DNA of 54,178 bases. It comes from Eledone cirrhosa. Lineage: Eukaryota. The position numbers and the translations under genes were made by a program. The stretch spans positions 1-54,178 of the forward strand of contig CAXHJY010001529.1 of assembly GCA_964016885.1 (NCBI GenBank), read 5' to 3'. This document shows positions 33,350 to 47,778 of this stretch, one piece after another. The stretch's first letter is position 1; each line of letters starts with the position of its first letter. Under the pieces are notes generated by a model. That model did no database searches. It was given only the letters and a program-made list of their open reading frames with translations, and was not told the DNA's origin.

Positions 33350-33697
33350 ATGTGTCTGCAATTTCTGTCAGCGTGTACTCCTCTGTAAGGTTGGTTATGT
33401 TAATCACCTGAAGTCACAACACCACTCAACAAAGATCTGGCGAAACAACATGCGTAGATCTAGTGTGTAGATGAAACAAAGTGTGTAGATCTAGTTCTGG
33501 ACTAAAAAAGCACATGGTGGTACATAAGATTGTGTCCCATAGGGTGCGCCCCACCGGTCCTATGAAAGCATAACTCTTTTCTGTCACCTGTGTCGTAAAC
33601 ATTGCAGATTCTGGTTTACGAAGTCATCTACGCTTATGGTGACAATGAAGAATCAATAAGAGATGGCAATCATCTGCGAAGACGCTGCAATCCTCAT
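33350..33697 (+). mobile_element. Decayed RTE-like C-terminal zinc-finger fragment
   Basis: VCNFCQRVLLCKVGYVNHLKS, CRSSSGLK and CHLCRK..GLRSHLR pieces across frameshifts. Confidence 0.45.
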
Positions 33698-33729
33698 GTG
33701 TGTGTGTGTGTGGGGGGGGGGGGGGGTAT

Positions 33730-34050
33730 GTGCCAGGTAGCTCTCGAGTGCTACTGGTAACATATAACTCAGTACAACCTGTTTCATGGTCTTGTCGTCG
33801 GTGACTAAACTGGCAACCCCACCAAGATTGCTTGGTGCGGAGGTTGATATTTGGACATCCTTCGGAAGGAAATAGAAGACTCGGCATAGGGCGGAGGAAC
33901 TCAGCAGAGTAAACGGCCATCTAAATAGTACTTTAGTACTTTTTTTAACCTGGGAGTGAAAAGCGCCCAGTTGTTGTCACAACACATTTCTAAGAGGGGA
34001 AAACTCTTTAAAAATACCCTGTGACTTCGGAAGCAGCCGATGATCTTGAC
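33730..34050 (+). mobile_element. Second copy of the RTE 5'-UTR-like repeat
   Basis: Homologous to 30543-30800. Confidence 0.55.
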
Positions 34051-34459
34051 CAGTTCTCCTTTTCGGGTAGTGTTTTCGATGGTCAGAGAGTGGAATTAGT
34101 CGAGTGCAAGGCCTTTCCCAACTTAAAAAAAAACACTTCAAAGCACAGGAATTGCTTGTTCAGGGTCTGTTACACTTTTGGGTGATTGGCCGTAGCCTAA
34201 AAGTGCACCAAACTGTATAACCTGACAAGCAATTGCAGTATTCTTAACAGAATTTGCAGCCATCATGTATGCATGTATGTATGCATGTATGTATGTATGC
34301 ATGCATGCATGCATGAGTGCGTATATGAATGTATGTATGTGTATATCTATGTATGTGTATATGTATGTAAGCATGTATGTATGTATGTATGTATGTATGT
34401 ATGTGGCAAGTTGTTTTTATGGAAGACCAGAGGTGGCCCTAGCATAACAATCTCACCAC

Positions 34460-34850
34460 CGATGTTGTCCAAGAGAAAGTCAAAAGTGTTTAAAACTTAT
34501 GAATCTTGGGTATCGACCGACAGAATATGATCGCAGATACAAGCGGGTGAAATGGGGGTTCTTCTGAAGGGTCTTTGGAGTAACGTTACTCGATAAAGTG
34601 TGTAACTCCGAGATAACAGAGTCACTCCAAGTAGAGACGCTACTTCTCCGAATTGCTTGATCACAGCTCCGATGCTATGGGCTTGTGGTTAAAATGTCTC
34701 ATGTCAGATTTTACGAGCGACACCAACAGGTAGGAGATCCGGAGGTAGACCCTGAGCAAGATGGTTGCATAACATCTATGAGTTTGGCTTGTCACGCCTG
34801 GGGATCCAGCTGGATCAGTTGGAGACGGTTGCTTCTGACAGGACACGCCG
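34460..34850 (+). mobile_element. RTE-clade (Rex3/Expander-like) LINE 3' fragment
   Basis: YESWVSTDRI*SQIQAGEMG..RVFGVTLLDKVCNSEITESLQVETLLLRIA*SQLRCYGLVVKMS. Confidence 0.72.
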
Positions 34851-34870
34851 GGGGGAGGGGGAGCGTTTGA

Positions 34871-34913
34871 TGACTCTGAAGACGCAAGCCGAAACCACTT
34901 AATGTCGCGGTCA
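34871..34913 (+). ncRNA. Hammerhead-like motif (imperfect stems)
   Basis: UGACU-CUGAAGA-CGCAAGCC-GAAAC-CACUUAAU-GUC^-gcGGUCA. Confidence 0.5.
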
Positions 34914-34928
34914 GGTCCATACCCGCTT

Positions 34929-35008
<80 letters not shown>

Positions 35009-35566
35009 TATATAATTATAAATCAGTAAAATCGAATCTCTGGCGGTTTGCAAGTAAATTCGGCCTACATATATGAAATGATGAGTTAGCAAACCACTCG
35101 ATAAGATAGGACCTTAGAGTAATAACATACGTTTAAATAGCTTGAAAAATCGAACATTGTGGTAGGCGAAACTAACACACAATATATACCAAAGTAACGA
35201 TAGAACTAATCAGGTTGAGAAAAGTACATCTGGACAAATCAAACGAACAATCGTTTAAAGTGTTTCTTTGAATCCGAAATCAAATATCAGACTTACGTAA
35301 ATGGCAAGCTCATGGTATTGGTGATCGAACGGAGGATTCAGTTTATCAACAGGATTTTCGTTCTGCCTATGACCGGAGTGATAAATTATATGTTGCTGCT
35401 ACATGCTGCTTATCGTATCTATAGCTATCACGTGTTAATTCCGGCATGGGAAATAACCCCCGGTTTTAGGCGAGTCGTTCAAAATGTTAGCGAAAGGAAA
35501 TATTTTAATTTCCGCTAGTCATCATAAGCTCTCAACTAGATGTTATATATATATATATATATATAT

Positions 35567-35781
35567 GGAGGTGCGTGGCTGAGTGGTTAGAGAAATAGAT
35601 TCACAATAATGAGGTTGTGAGTTCAGTTCTTGGACACCGGGCGATGCGTTATGTCCTTGGGCAAGGTACTTTATTTCACGTTGCTCCATCTACATGGATT
35701 TATGACTGTTAAATAGTATTGGAATTTCCAATGGAAACATTGTTTTCTCGGTCCGATTTGACGAAAGCCGATCGACTGTCG
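35567..35781 (+). mobile_element. tRNA-derived SINE, family B
   Basis: GGAGGTGCGTGGCTGAGTGGTTAGA...TGTCCTTGGGCAAGGTACTTTATTTCACGTTGCTCC. Confidence 0.8.
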
Positions 35782-35827
35782 ATATATACATACATACATA
35801 TATATATATAATTAAAACAGTGACATA

Positions 35828-35879
35828 GACAGCTACTCAAGTTTCGTTGGGTTGTGGGCCCCAATTTCTTCAGCCTCTC
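35828..35879 (-). ncRNA. Hammerhead ribozyme with mismatched stem I
   Basis: GAGAGG-CUGAAGA-aaUUGGG(loop)CCCAAc-GAAAC-UUGA-GUA^-GCUGUC. Confidence 0.55.
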
Positions 35880-35961
35880 ATGAGAAAAATTATTTATACT
35901 AAACTCGTCCTATTGACTGAGTGCTCTTACTCTTGGATATTACCACTTAACCTTTACTCCA

Positions 35962-36019
<58 letters not shown>

Positions 36020-36380
36020 AAGAGTAATGAATTCTTTTACAATGGAATTAGCTCGAAGAAGGAAATATTTCTGAGCCGTGTATAAACTAATATATATGAT
36101 GAAACACAGATACCAACACATCCGTATTTATATTGCAAAAGAAAATTTAGCCAGAATGAAGTATACTAATTATTATACTACAGTTTGTCCATATCGATTT
36201 AAAATAATAAATCAACAAAGACGAACTGCATTGCCAAATGGCTATGATGTTTAGACACATTTAAATTTCAAAATCAAACCTGTTCCGTAGATAAGTTTAA
36301 ACTTTAAAATCCAAATATGTTTCGAGATGAATAAGTGTAGGAATATCATGTCCTGCTCTCCTCAGTAAACATCCAGGGAC

Positions 36381-37123
36381 AAGTATGTATACGTACATAC
36401 ATATATGTATACAGACGTACAGTAGTATGTATACGTACATACATATATGTATACAGACGTTCCAGTAGTATGTATACGTACATACATATATATATACAGG
36501 CGTACAGTAGTATGTATACATATATATACATACATGCACACATATATATACGTACGTATGGATTTACCGAACATTTATTATAATGCTCGGTGTGTTTGTA
36601 AACAAACATCCCGAATTAATCCGTACAGTGTCTAGCAACCATCGTTGCCTTTTGTTCAACACTGACAAAGGAACGATGTACTAGTTTCAAGCTTATTAGC
36701 TATCGTCAGCACCGTATACCTTCCTGCCAGATCATTGAACGTCTGAAAGCATATATTTTCCTTATGCATATTAACGGCTGAGCAGCCTAATTTGCATATC
36801 GAGTGAGTTAATCGGCCGGGCACACCGAAAACGATAAACGGAAAAATGAAACGAAATTTCATTTCTCACTCTTAGTACAGCTGTTACTTAAATGTAAGTA
36901 TGTATACGTACATACATATATGTATACAGACGTACAGTAGTATGTATACATATATATACATACATGCACACTCATATATATGTACGTATGTGTGCATGTA
37001 TGTGTGCATGTATATATATATGTGTATACACACTACTGTACGTCTGTATACATATATGTATGTACGTATACATACTTATATTTAAGTAACAGCCGTATTA
37101 AGAGTGAGAAATGAAATTTCGTT
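36381..37123 (-). mobile_element. Sister retrozyme-like family (~425-bp unit): partial tandem plus inverted end
   Basis: Unit 36381-36833, then a new unit starts at 36834 after GAAAACG. 36848-36970 is inverted at ~37003-37123. Another copy at 39135. Confidence 0.75.
36673..36715 (-). ncRNA. Type I minimal hammerhead ribozyme
   Basis: ACGGUG-CUGACGA-uAGCU(AAUA)AGCUu-GAAAC-UA-GUA^-CAUCGU. Confidence 0.87.
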
Positions 37124-37208
37124 TCTCATGTATATATATTTATATATATACATACGTTTATATATATATCTATATATATATATACATTATGTATATATAT
37201 ATACATTC

Positions 37209-37247
<39 letters not shown>

Positions 37248-37721
37248 TATATATATATATTTATATATATGTTTATACATATATATATATATATACGTAA
37301 ACATTAAGAAAACAACACACATGCATCATATGGTTTCACATAGTAACAAAAGCCACTAAGAAACGAAGAATATGTCAAAGACAAAAAAAATTAAACTGGG
37401 AAACAAAAAAAACGCCATCACAAGAGTTGCTTGATTGCTGTTAATAACAACATAGACGAATGAGAAAAGCTGATGTTATCGATGTATTTTTAACAATCAG
37501 TCAATTAGTGTTAGTTTATTGCTAATCACAGCCTCGCTGTTACAACATCATTAGAGAAACAGTAGAAAGAATTGAAATAAGGAGTAGTGTGTTCTAGAAT
37601 TGGCAGTTGTAATGGGAGAGAGAGAGGCACAGAGAGAGAGAGAGAGAGAGAGAGAGGGTGATAAAGAGAGAGTGGTGTATAGAGATCGGGAAACGCATAT
37701 ATATATATGGAAAAAAATATG

Positions 37722-37756
<35 letters not shown>

Positions 37757-38112
37757 GGAAGAAGAATCAGGATGGAGAGAGAGGTGCTGTACCCCAGCAA
37801 GTTTTATGAAAGGTGGGTGAAAGTGGCGAGAATAGCCCGAGTGAATGGGCCTTCTCTCTATATCTGCCTGTAGGTTGAGGAAAAGGAGGAGGAGAGGAAG
37901 GGAGTACAAACTCTTCGTACTCCTGGAGATGAGAGTTGCACATTTTTTCGGGGGTATGTGTTACCCATATGAACTGTCTCCCCCTATTGGGGAAAATCGA
38001 CTAACTTTTTAAATTGCATTTGTGATAACATTTTACACGTTTTTATTGTATGTAAACTTCCCCCTTTGTATTTGTCCCCTTCTTGTTTGCCCCTGTGGCT
38101 AATAAAGAAACA
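37757..38112 (+). mobile_element. Tx1-type LINE extreme 3' fragment between (TATC)n tracts
   Basis: Homologous to the reverse complement of 41533-41880 (GAAAGGTGGGT..GTGGCGA..GCCCGAGTGAATGGGCCTTCTCT, CCCCTGTGGC.AATAAAGAAA). Confidence 0.75.
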
Positions 38113-38137
38113 TATCTATCTATCTACCTATCTATGT

Positions 38138-38174
<37 letters not shown>

Positions 38175-38178
38175 TCTC

Positions 38179-38219
<41 letters not shown>

Positions 38220-38221
<2 letters not shown>

Positions 38222-39106
38222 GATGTGTGTGTCAGAAAATTTCCAGGACTGATGTCACAAAAGATTTATTTCAGACACAAACTTCACACTATGAGTTTTC
38301 TCCTACAAAGTAAACCCCTTGGAGTCTAATGCACTTTTCCATCCTTTTCTGCCACGCTTGCATGCACTCCTGGAAGGATTTTTCCGGGATCCTAAGCAGT
38401 TCCGTCGTCACGGCCTTTTTGATGTCGTCCACATCTTCAAAACGGGTCCCCTCCGGGTTGTACTCGAAGATCAATGACTCATCACCTGTGATGACTGTCC
38501 CTAGCAAGTCTGGTTCGGTTTCAAGATGCTCGAGGATGGCCTGGCACACTTGCATGCGTTGACCCTTCTGGTCATCATCAGCAGTTTTGGCACCATCTTC
38601 GCGCAGATTTTCCGCATGTCCAAATCTTCAGTGAGAATCTTCCAGACGCTGTCGCGATTCATGTCCAGCTCATTTGCCATCAGTCTAACAGTCAGCCGAT
38701 GATCACTACGCACCATCTGCCTGACACGCTCAACGTCGACCTCAGTCCTGGTTGTTGAGGGCCTTCCGCTCCTGGGGTCATCATGCACCACTCAAAAACA
38801 CGTGAGGGTGACATCGTCTCATCTCCACACACTTGCTGCAGCTATTCCAGTGCTTCTGACGGAGTTTTCCCCAAACGTACCAGAAACTTCAAGTTTGTTC
38901 GTTCCTCTGTGCTCATTGCTTGACGACCTGAAACAGAGGACATGTATATAAAATTATGAAGAAGAAAGTTTGAACGCTGCAGAGAGCTAAGATTACGGTT
39001 ACATACGCCAGGGGGATTACTTTGAAGGAGAAAACTCTTAGAGTGAAGTTTGGATTTGAAATAAATCTTCTGTGACATCAGTCCTAGAACTTTTCTGACA
39101 CACCTC

Positions 39107-39108
<2 letters not shown>
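38220..39108 (-). mobile_element. Internally deleted mariner (Tc1/mariner) DNA transposon with ~100-bp TIRs
   Basis: 38220-38320 is the imperfect inverse of 39011-39108 (ACGAGGTGTGTCAGAAAAGTT). TA flanks. Confidence 0.9.
38289..38916 (-). pseudogene. Mariner transposase pseudogene
   Basis: ERTNLKFLVRLGKTPSE, DDPRSGRPST, ICAKMVPKLL (WVPxxL-like) and VITGDESLIFEYNPE joined directly to GTRFEDVDDIK. The segment with the 2nd and 3rd catalytic Asp is deleted, and there is a stop plus frameshifts. Confidence 0.9.
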
Positions 39109-39134
<26 letters not shown>

Positions 39135-39137
<3 letters not shown>

Positions 39138-39432
39138 AACGGAAAAAATGAAACGAAATTTCATTTCTCACTCTTAGTACGGCTGTTACTTAAATATAAA
39201 TATGTATACGTACATACATATATGTATACAGACGTACAGTAGTATGTATATATACATACATGCACACATATATATACGTACGTATGGATTCACCGAACAT
39301 TTATTATAGAGCTCGATGTGTTTGTAAACAAACATCCCGAATTAAGCCGTACAGTGTCTAACAACCATCGCTGCTCATTTGTTCAACACTGACAAAGGAA
39401 CGCTGTACTAGTTTCAAGCTTATTAGCTTTCG

Positions 39433-39436
<4 letters not shown>
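39135..39436 (-). mobile_element. 5'-truncated copy of the 36.4-kb HHR family
   Basis: Begins ATAAACGGAAAA directly after (TA)n and ends inside the HHR core (TCGTCA|TATA). Confidence 0.8.
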
Positions 39437-39472
<36 letters not shown>

Positions 39473-39769
39473 ACGCACGGATTAAGAAAGCAAAGATTAT
39501 AGTTATAGAAACAGATTTACGTATTTTGCATTATACATATCTCTCTCTCTCTATGTGTGGAGAGAGAAAGAGAGAGGGTGTGTGTGTGAATGCGGGGGAT
39601 TACCAACATTGCAGATAACAGCAAAATGGCGACCGAAATAAATTCATTTAAATACTGCTGTACAATGGAGATCCCATTCATCCGTGATATATTTTCCCTT
39701 TATCACACGTACAGATATATGCTTAAGTGGATATATCCACGCTTGCATATAATCGCACATATACACACA

Positions 39770-40145
39770 TACAGAATATATATATAAATAAATATAAATA
39801 TATATATATGAAAAAAAATATATATATATATGTATACATATATACATATACATATGTATGTATATATATATATGTATGTATTTTTACATGTATGTTTATA
39901 TATATGTATGTATACGTTTATATATGTATGTATACATATATATATATATACATATGTATACATGTATATATATACATATGTATACATATATATATATACA
40001 TATGTGTACATATATATATACATGTGTACATATATATATACATATGTATACGTATATTTATATATATATACATATGTATATATATATACATATGTATATA
40101 TATATACATACGTATATATATACATATATGTATAAATATATATAT

Positions 40146-40178
<33 letters not shown>

Positions 40179-40513
40179 GTGTGTATATGTATGTATATAT
40201 GTATGTATATATATGTGTATGTATATATGTGTGTATATGTATGTATATATATATGTATGTATATATATGTGTATGTATATATGTATGCATCTATATATAT
40301 ATATGTGTATGTATATATGTATATGTATTCATATATATGTATATGTATGTATATATATGTGTATGTATGTATGTATATGTATGTGTATGTATGTATATGT
40401 ATGTATATATGTAAAATGTATGTATATATATGTATGTATGTATATATTTATGTATACATACATATATATGTAATACATATATATGTGTATGTGTACATAT
40501 GTATATATAAGTA

Positions 40514-40568
<55 letters not shown>

Positions 40569-40570
40569 TT
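39770..40570. repeat. (TA)/(TATG) microsatellite
   Basis: Visible. Confidence 0.95.
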
Positions 40571-41255
40571 ACACATTCACACAAGCAACTGATTAGTTAT
40601 TTTGTCGAGTTTTTAAGTGGACACGCATCTAGTACATTTCAGCAGAATAATTGCTTTGATGTAGACGGAAGAAAATGAAGGGAGGTTTTTTTGGTTTTTT
40701 TTCTGACCAACATTGTCGCTTGTTAGAGTGTTGATGATTTCTGGAATAAATCCACCTCACAATTAATCAGGACAACTGTGAAATATGGAAAAATATAATG
40801 AATAAAATAAGGAAATAAAACAAATGACATATTTTGCTGGCAATTGTGCTTATTATGCATGTGTATGTATGTATATATATGTGTGTATGTGTGTGTGTAT
40901 GTGTGTATGTATATATATATATGTGTGTATGAATATGTGTCTGTATGTATGTCTGTCTGTCTGTCTGTCTGTATGTATGTCTGTCTGTCTGTATGTATGT
41001 ATGTATGTATGTATTTATGTATCTATGTATGTATGTAAGTATTTATGAATTTAAGTATGTATTCATGTATGTGGCTATGTAAGTATTTATGTATGCTTGC
41101 ATGTATGCATATGGCTATGTATGAATGTATGTATGCATGTATATATATACATATATATATATATACACACACACATAATGTTTATATGCACATTCACTTG
41201 TTCATCTTTCTCGGTGTATATATATATATATAGATATATATATATATACACATAG

Positions 41256-41357
41256 AATTAGGAAAGACCAATGGAAACATTACTTCCTCGGTTCGATTTG
41301 ATGAGCTCAACCCCTCTCGTTAAGCGAATGATGTCTGGGATCTTATCGATCGACTGT
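41256..41357 (+). mobile_element. 3' fragment of SINE family B
   Basis: GGAAAGACCAATGGAAACATT..TTCCTCGGTTCGATTTGA...GATCGATCGACTG. Confidence 0.6.
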
Positions 41358-41532
41358 ATATATGTATATATAATATATATGTGTGTGTGTGTGTATATAA
41401 AGTGTGATGAAAAGAATATAGATAGGTAAATAGATAGACAGATTGATAGACACATAGTTAGACAGATAGATAAATAGTAGACAGACGGACAAATAGATAG
41501 ATAGACAGACAGATAGATAGATAGATAAATAT

Positions 41533-44080
41533 CTTTCTTTATTTGCCACAGGGGCGTACATAAAGGGGACATTACAAGACGTGACGGCGGGGATTTTACA
41601 TAAAAATCATATAACTTTAACATTAATAAATAACAATAAAATATATATAATAAAATAATTGAAATCCCCAATAGGGGGGAACATTACTGCAGGGTTGTTT
41701 TACACCCAGTGGATAGAACAACCCTCAACACCAGGAACACGTGTTGTAGGTGTTCCCGTCTTACCTCTGTTTATCTTCCTCAACCTACAGGTTTATATAC
41801 AGAGAAGGCCCATTCACTCGGGCCATTTTCGCCACACTTACCCACCTTTCAGCGAATTTACTGGGGGTAGCACCTTCCTTCTGAAGTGATACTTAAAGAA
41901 GAGGATAAGTTGTTGTCCGGAGAGAAAGGTGTTTGCCCTCAGTCCTTTTAAACTCGTCCACCATATTGCCTCTTTCGCCATAGCCACCAGACAGAGGAAA
42001 ACCGCCTCGCCTACATTCTTAAATGAAGGCGGCGAGGTGATCCTCACGATGGACTCGGCTGACAACTGGATGCGTCCCACACGTGACAGCAGCTGTTCGA
42101 CATAATTCCACAGGTCGGTCACCCCTGGGTACTGAACAATTGCGTGCAGAACGGTTTCGATGTCCTGCTCGCACCTTGGACAGGTCCTTTTGGCAGGATC
42201 TCTTCCAGGGCGTCCGTGCCTGTAGATTTTGTCTCAAACTGGTAGAGCTCCTCGGTACCACTGCCAGGCCAGAGACCTCTGGAAGTTATCCATAGGCCCT
42301 GGACAGAAAGTCCTCCCGAACAGACTGGTCAGTTTGTCCTCCTCGATGCCTAAAGTTTTCCTCGAGAACGTCGTCGCACTTATCCTCCACTAATCCCCTA
42401 TAGAATGTCGAAGTGGAGGCTCCGCTGATTGCTGTTTCCGCTTGGTAGAGGGCTGTGAGCGCCTGTCGGCACTCGAGGTGCCAGGCACCCATTTTCGGTC
42501 TTCGCTTGACCCAGGACTGCAGCTCTGTTAGTGAGACGAGTTGTGGAAGAGCTTGTTTCACAAACGACAGCCACACCGGTTCACCGGTCAGGAATAGCTG
42601 GAGATGGCGTAGCCTCAGCGCATGTTTGCGCATCATCAGCCACAGCATGCTCAGCCCTCCGTTAGAAGGGTGTTGACAGCAAATGGATCTCCTCACGAAT
42701 GGAGCCTGTTTCTTCCAGAGGAACTTGAAGAGTAGGCGTTCCATTTTGGTAAGATATTCGCGGGGGCAAGGCACGGTTGTCAAGCTGTAGTAGATGACGG
42801 ACGCTAGGTAAGTGTTCGCCACCTCCTCTCGACCTTTCAAGGAGAGTTTTCACTCAGCCCACTTCTCGGTGAGTGCAAACACCTTCGCCGTGACCTCGTT
42901 CCAGTTCTTGTCCACCTGGAAGTCTGGACCGAACCAGACTCCGATCAATTTCACCAGTCCTTCCGTCCAGTGTCCAACGACACTGTCGGAAGGCATGAGT
43001 TTGCCTCTCCATGTGCCGAGTTGCAAAGCGACAGACTTGTTTGGGTTTAGTCTTGCTCCTGTCAACGTTTCGTATTCATGTAATAGGTTGCCGATTGCCC
43101 TGGTTTCCGAGGTTTTCGACACCATTACGGTTATGTCGTCGGCATAGGCTGACGCTGCTTTCCGCAGTCCTGGTTCGATCGGGATGCCCTGCAACAGCTC
43201 CAATTTCCGCAGTAACGGCTCGATAGTCAGTACATACAGAATGGAGGAGAGAGGGTATCCCTGACGAATGGAACGCATGATTTGGAATGGCTCTAATAGG
43301 TACCCATTCACCTTGACTACCGAGCAGATGCTGGTGTGCATGGCAGCGATCCAGCCTCTGAAGACGGGACCGAAGCCGGCCGCCTTGAGAACTGCTTCCA
43401 ATTATTGATGGTCGCCCCTATCAAATGCCTTAGACTGATCTAAATTGATCAGAGCCCCACCAAACCAGGTTTACACCCTACACTCTCTATGATGTATTGC
43501 CCGAGGGTGAGGTTGTCGTGTATGGACCTGGTCGGGATTGCACACGTTTCGGCTTCCCCTACCAGGTTCTCGACGACAAGCGCCATCCTTGCTGCTAACA
43601 CATTGGTCAAAATCTTTAACTCTGTGTTGAGCAGAGTTATGGGCATGAAATTGCTGATCTCACCCCCCTTGTTCTCATCTTTCCTGATCAGCGCAACTAC
43701 GCCTCTGCCTACAGAACTGGGAATCCTCCCGTTCTGCTGCCAGTTGCAGTAGACCGCGTCGAAGACGCCAGAGAACAAGTCAGCCATGCCTATGTAAGAC
43801 TCATAGGGTAGACCATCTAAACCGGGTGAGTTGTGTTTCCCTCAGCGGCCTAGGGCATCTTCTATTTTGCCCGCTGTGATCGGCCTTTCGCAGCTCTCCG
43901 CATCCTTGCTCAAGAGTCGCGGTACGCCGTCGAAGTAGGAGCTGAAGTCCATCACCTCGCTCGATGTACCGCTTTGCCCGAACAGTTGCTTAAAATGCTG
44001 CTGGAAGGCCGCGCACATCTGTTTGGATTCAAGTATAATGTGTCCATATTTGTCTTGCAAAGACCGAATTGTAGATTTGT
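41533..44080 (-). mobile_element. 5'-truncated Tx1/L1-clade LINE (ORF2 reverse transcriptase, frameshifted)
   Basis: FMPITLLNTELKILTNVLAARM, SIRQGYPLSSILYVLTIEPLL, AYADDITV, GGLSM and zinc knuckle CPRCEQDIETVLHAIVQY (~42125-42185). AATAAA near the 3' end. Confidence 0.93.
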
Positions 44081-44179
44081 ATATATAGATAGATATATTT
44101 ATATATAGATAGATATATTTATATATAGATAGATATATTTATATATAGATAGATATATTTATATATAGATAGATATATT

Positions 44180-44325
<146 letters not shown>

Positions 44326-44726
44326 AATATATATATATATATTTATATATTTATATATATATATGTATATAATATATATGTAATCCTTTATTTACTGCTA
44401 TATATATTTCGATGATAGCCATTGAATGGCTATGACCACCATCAAGAGTTAATCAGTTCTGTGTTTATAGTGTTGATGGTATCAGAGCCTTGGGACATAT
44501 GAGCTTGTTAGGAATAAATTAATGTTGTCAGCTGGAATAGTCTTGATTTTCATTGGTCAGTTTGTAGATGGTAGTAGGGTTGGTATTTGACCTCAAAGAG
44601 GCAGGTGGTTTTGTATAGTTCAAACCGTCAGGTATATATATCTATATGTATATATATATCTATATATATATTTATATCTCACTCTCTCTCTCTCTATATA
44701 TATATATTTATATATCTATATATATA

Positions 44727-44769
<43 letters not shown>

Positions 44770-44819
44770 TAGTTTAGCGAGGCTTTTTATATGAAATCGT
44801 GTGTCCCCAAGTATAACAA

Positions 44820-46149
<1,330 letters not shown>

Positions 46150-46150
<1 letters not shown>

Positions 46151-46705
46151 TTCGTTTCTGAATTTGTTTAGCAAGATTCTTTATCTGAAATCGTGTGTTG
46201 AAACCGATATTGTTATACTTTGGGAGGGTCATGTTGCCAATAAGAAACACACGCACCAGTTGCTTTCACTTCAATTTATATATTTATAAATTTATAAATT
46301 TACAAATCTACAAACTTATAAATTTCTGGTTGGTTGGTTGGTTCCACAACCAGATAGTTGTTTATATATATAGTCATAGTCCTTTCGTCACACACTCTGT
46401 GACCTCTTCAGTGACTGGGGATTCCTTTCTTCGTTTCTGTGCCTTTTCTTTCTTCTATCCTACGCCATTTTGTTTCTGTGTGTGTGTTTGTGACCTCTTC
46501 AAACTGAGCACACAGAGTGTGTGACGAAAGGACTATTACTATATATATAAACAACTATCTGGTTGTGGAACCAACCAACCAACCAGAAATTTATAAGTTT
46601 GTAGATTTGTAAATTTATAAATTTATAAATATATAAATTGAAGTGAATGCAACTGGTGCGTGTGTTTCTTATTGGCAACATGACCCTCCCAAAGTATAAC
46701 AATAT
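46150..46705 (-). mobile_element. Inverted-repeat (195-bp arms) plus tail element with HHR
   Basis: 46207-46401 is the inverse of 46511-46705. Tail 46150-46206. Related scraps at 44770-44821 and 29086-29110. Confidence 0.8.
46372..46416 (-). ncRNA. Type I minimal hammerhead ribozyme (CUA triplet)
   Basis: AGUCA-CUGAAGA-g-GUCACA(GAGUG)UGUGAC-GAAAG-GA-CUA^-UGACU. Confidence 0.78.
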
Positions 46706-46786
46706 ATTTATATATATTTATATATATTTATATTTATATATATTTATATTTATATATATTTATATATATTTATATTTATATATATT

Positions 46787-46847
<61 letters not shown>

Positions 46848-46977
46848 GCAAAGTTTTATTTAAATTGTTGGGTTAACAACGAGTAAATATTTATAACTGA
46901 TATAAAAGCACTCGACAAGTATTTGGAGTATATTTACGATATTAAATAAATGGAAACTATATTTATAAAACCATATT

Positions 46978-47043
46978 TATTTCATTATATATATTTCAGG
47001 GATATCATATTAAAAATATGTTATGCCTTCTTCAGACAAAATA
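46978..47043 (-). ncRNA. Type I hammerhead ribozyme (left arm)
   Basis: Reverse complement of 47713-47778. Confidence 0.78.
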
Positions 47044-47712
47044 CAATATAAACAGTCTTATAAATAGATAGATTCGACATATGATCATTATTTTTCACAC
47101 ATTATTGATACGTGTCTCATTCACGAATACTGATATTTACATTATATTGCCTGTTTTATACGAATTGATATTTTTTTACATTGATGAAACATAGTGTTTT
47201 AAATCTGCCTCGTTTATGTCTGGATATTTTTCTTTTCTCTCTATGTAACGGCTGTTTTCTCTCTTAACCACATATATCTCTCTCTACATTAATACTAGAG
47301 CTAAATAAATAAATAAATAAATAAATAAATATATCATTGATACGTCATTCAACTGGTGCCCAACTACCTATTTTCTTTCTCTCTATCTCTATCTATATCT
47401 ATCTCTCTATATTTTCTCTCTCTCTCTCTCTCCTCTCTTCTCTCTTTCTCTCTCTATCTATCTCCCTCTGTGTTTTTTTTCCTCTCTCTCTATATCTCTC
47501 TCTGTTTCTTTACATGAATTTCTTCTCTCTATCTATCTCTCTATATCTATCTCTCTCTATTTAGTTGCATGCATTTCTTCTTTTTCTTCGTTTTTCTTTC
47601 TTTCTTTTTATAACTGTCCCTAATATTTTTTCACTACCAAATCAACTTTTCAAATAGAAGTCGAAGTTGAAAGGTATGTCGAATCTATCTATTTATAAGA
47701 CTGTTTATATTG

Positions 47713-47778
47713 TATTTTGTCTGAAGAAGGCATAACATATTTTTAATATGATATCCCTGAAATATATATAATGAAATA
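47713..47778 (+). ncRNA. Type I hammerhead ribozyme (right arm)
   Basis: UAUUUUGU-CUGAAGA-AGGcAUAaCAUAUU(UUU)AAUAUGaUAUcCCU-GAAAU-AUAU-AUA^-AUGAAAUA. Confidence 0.78.
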
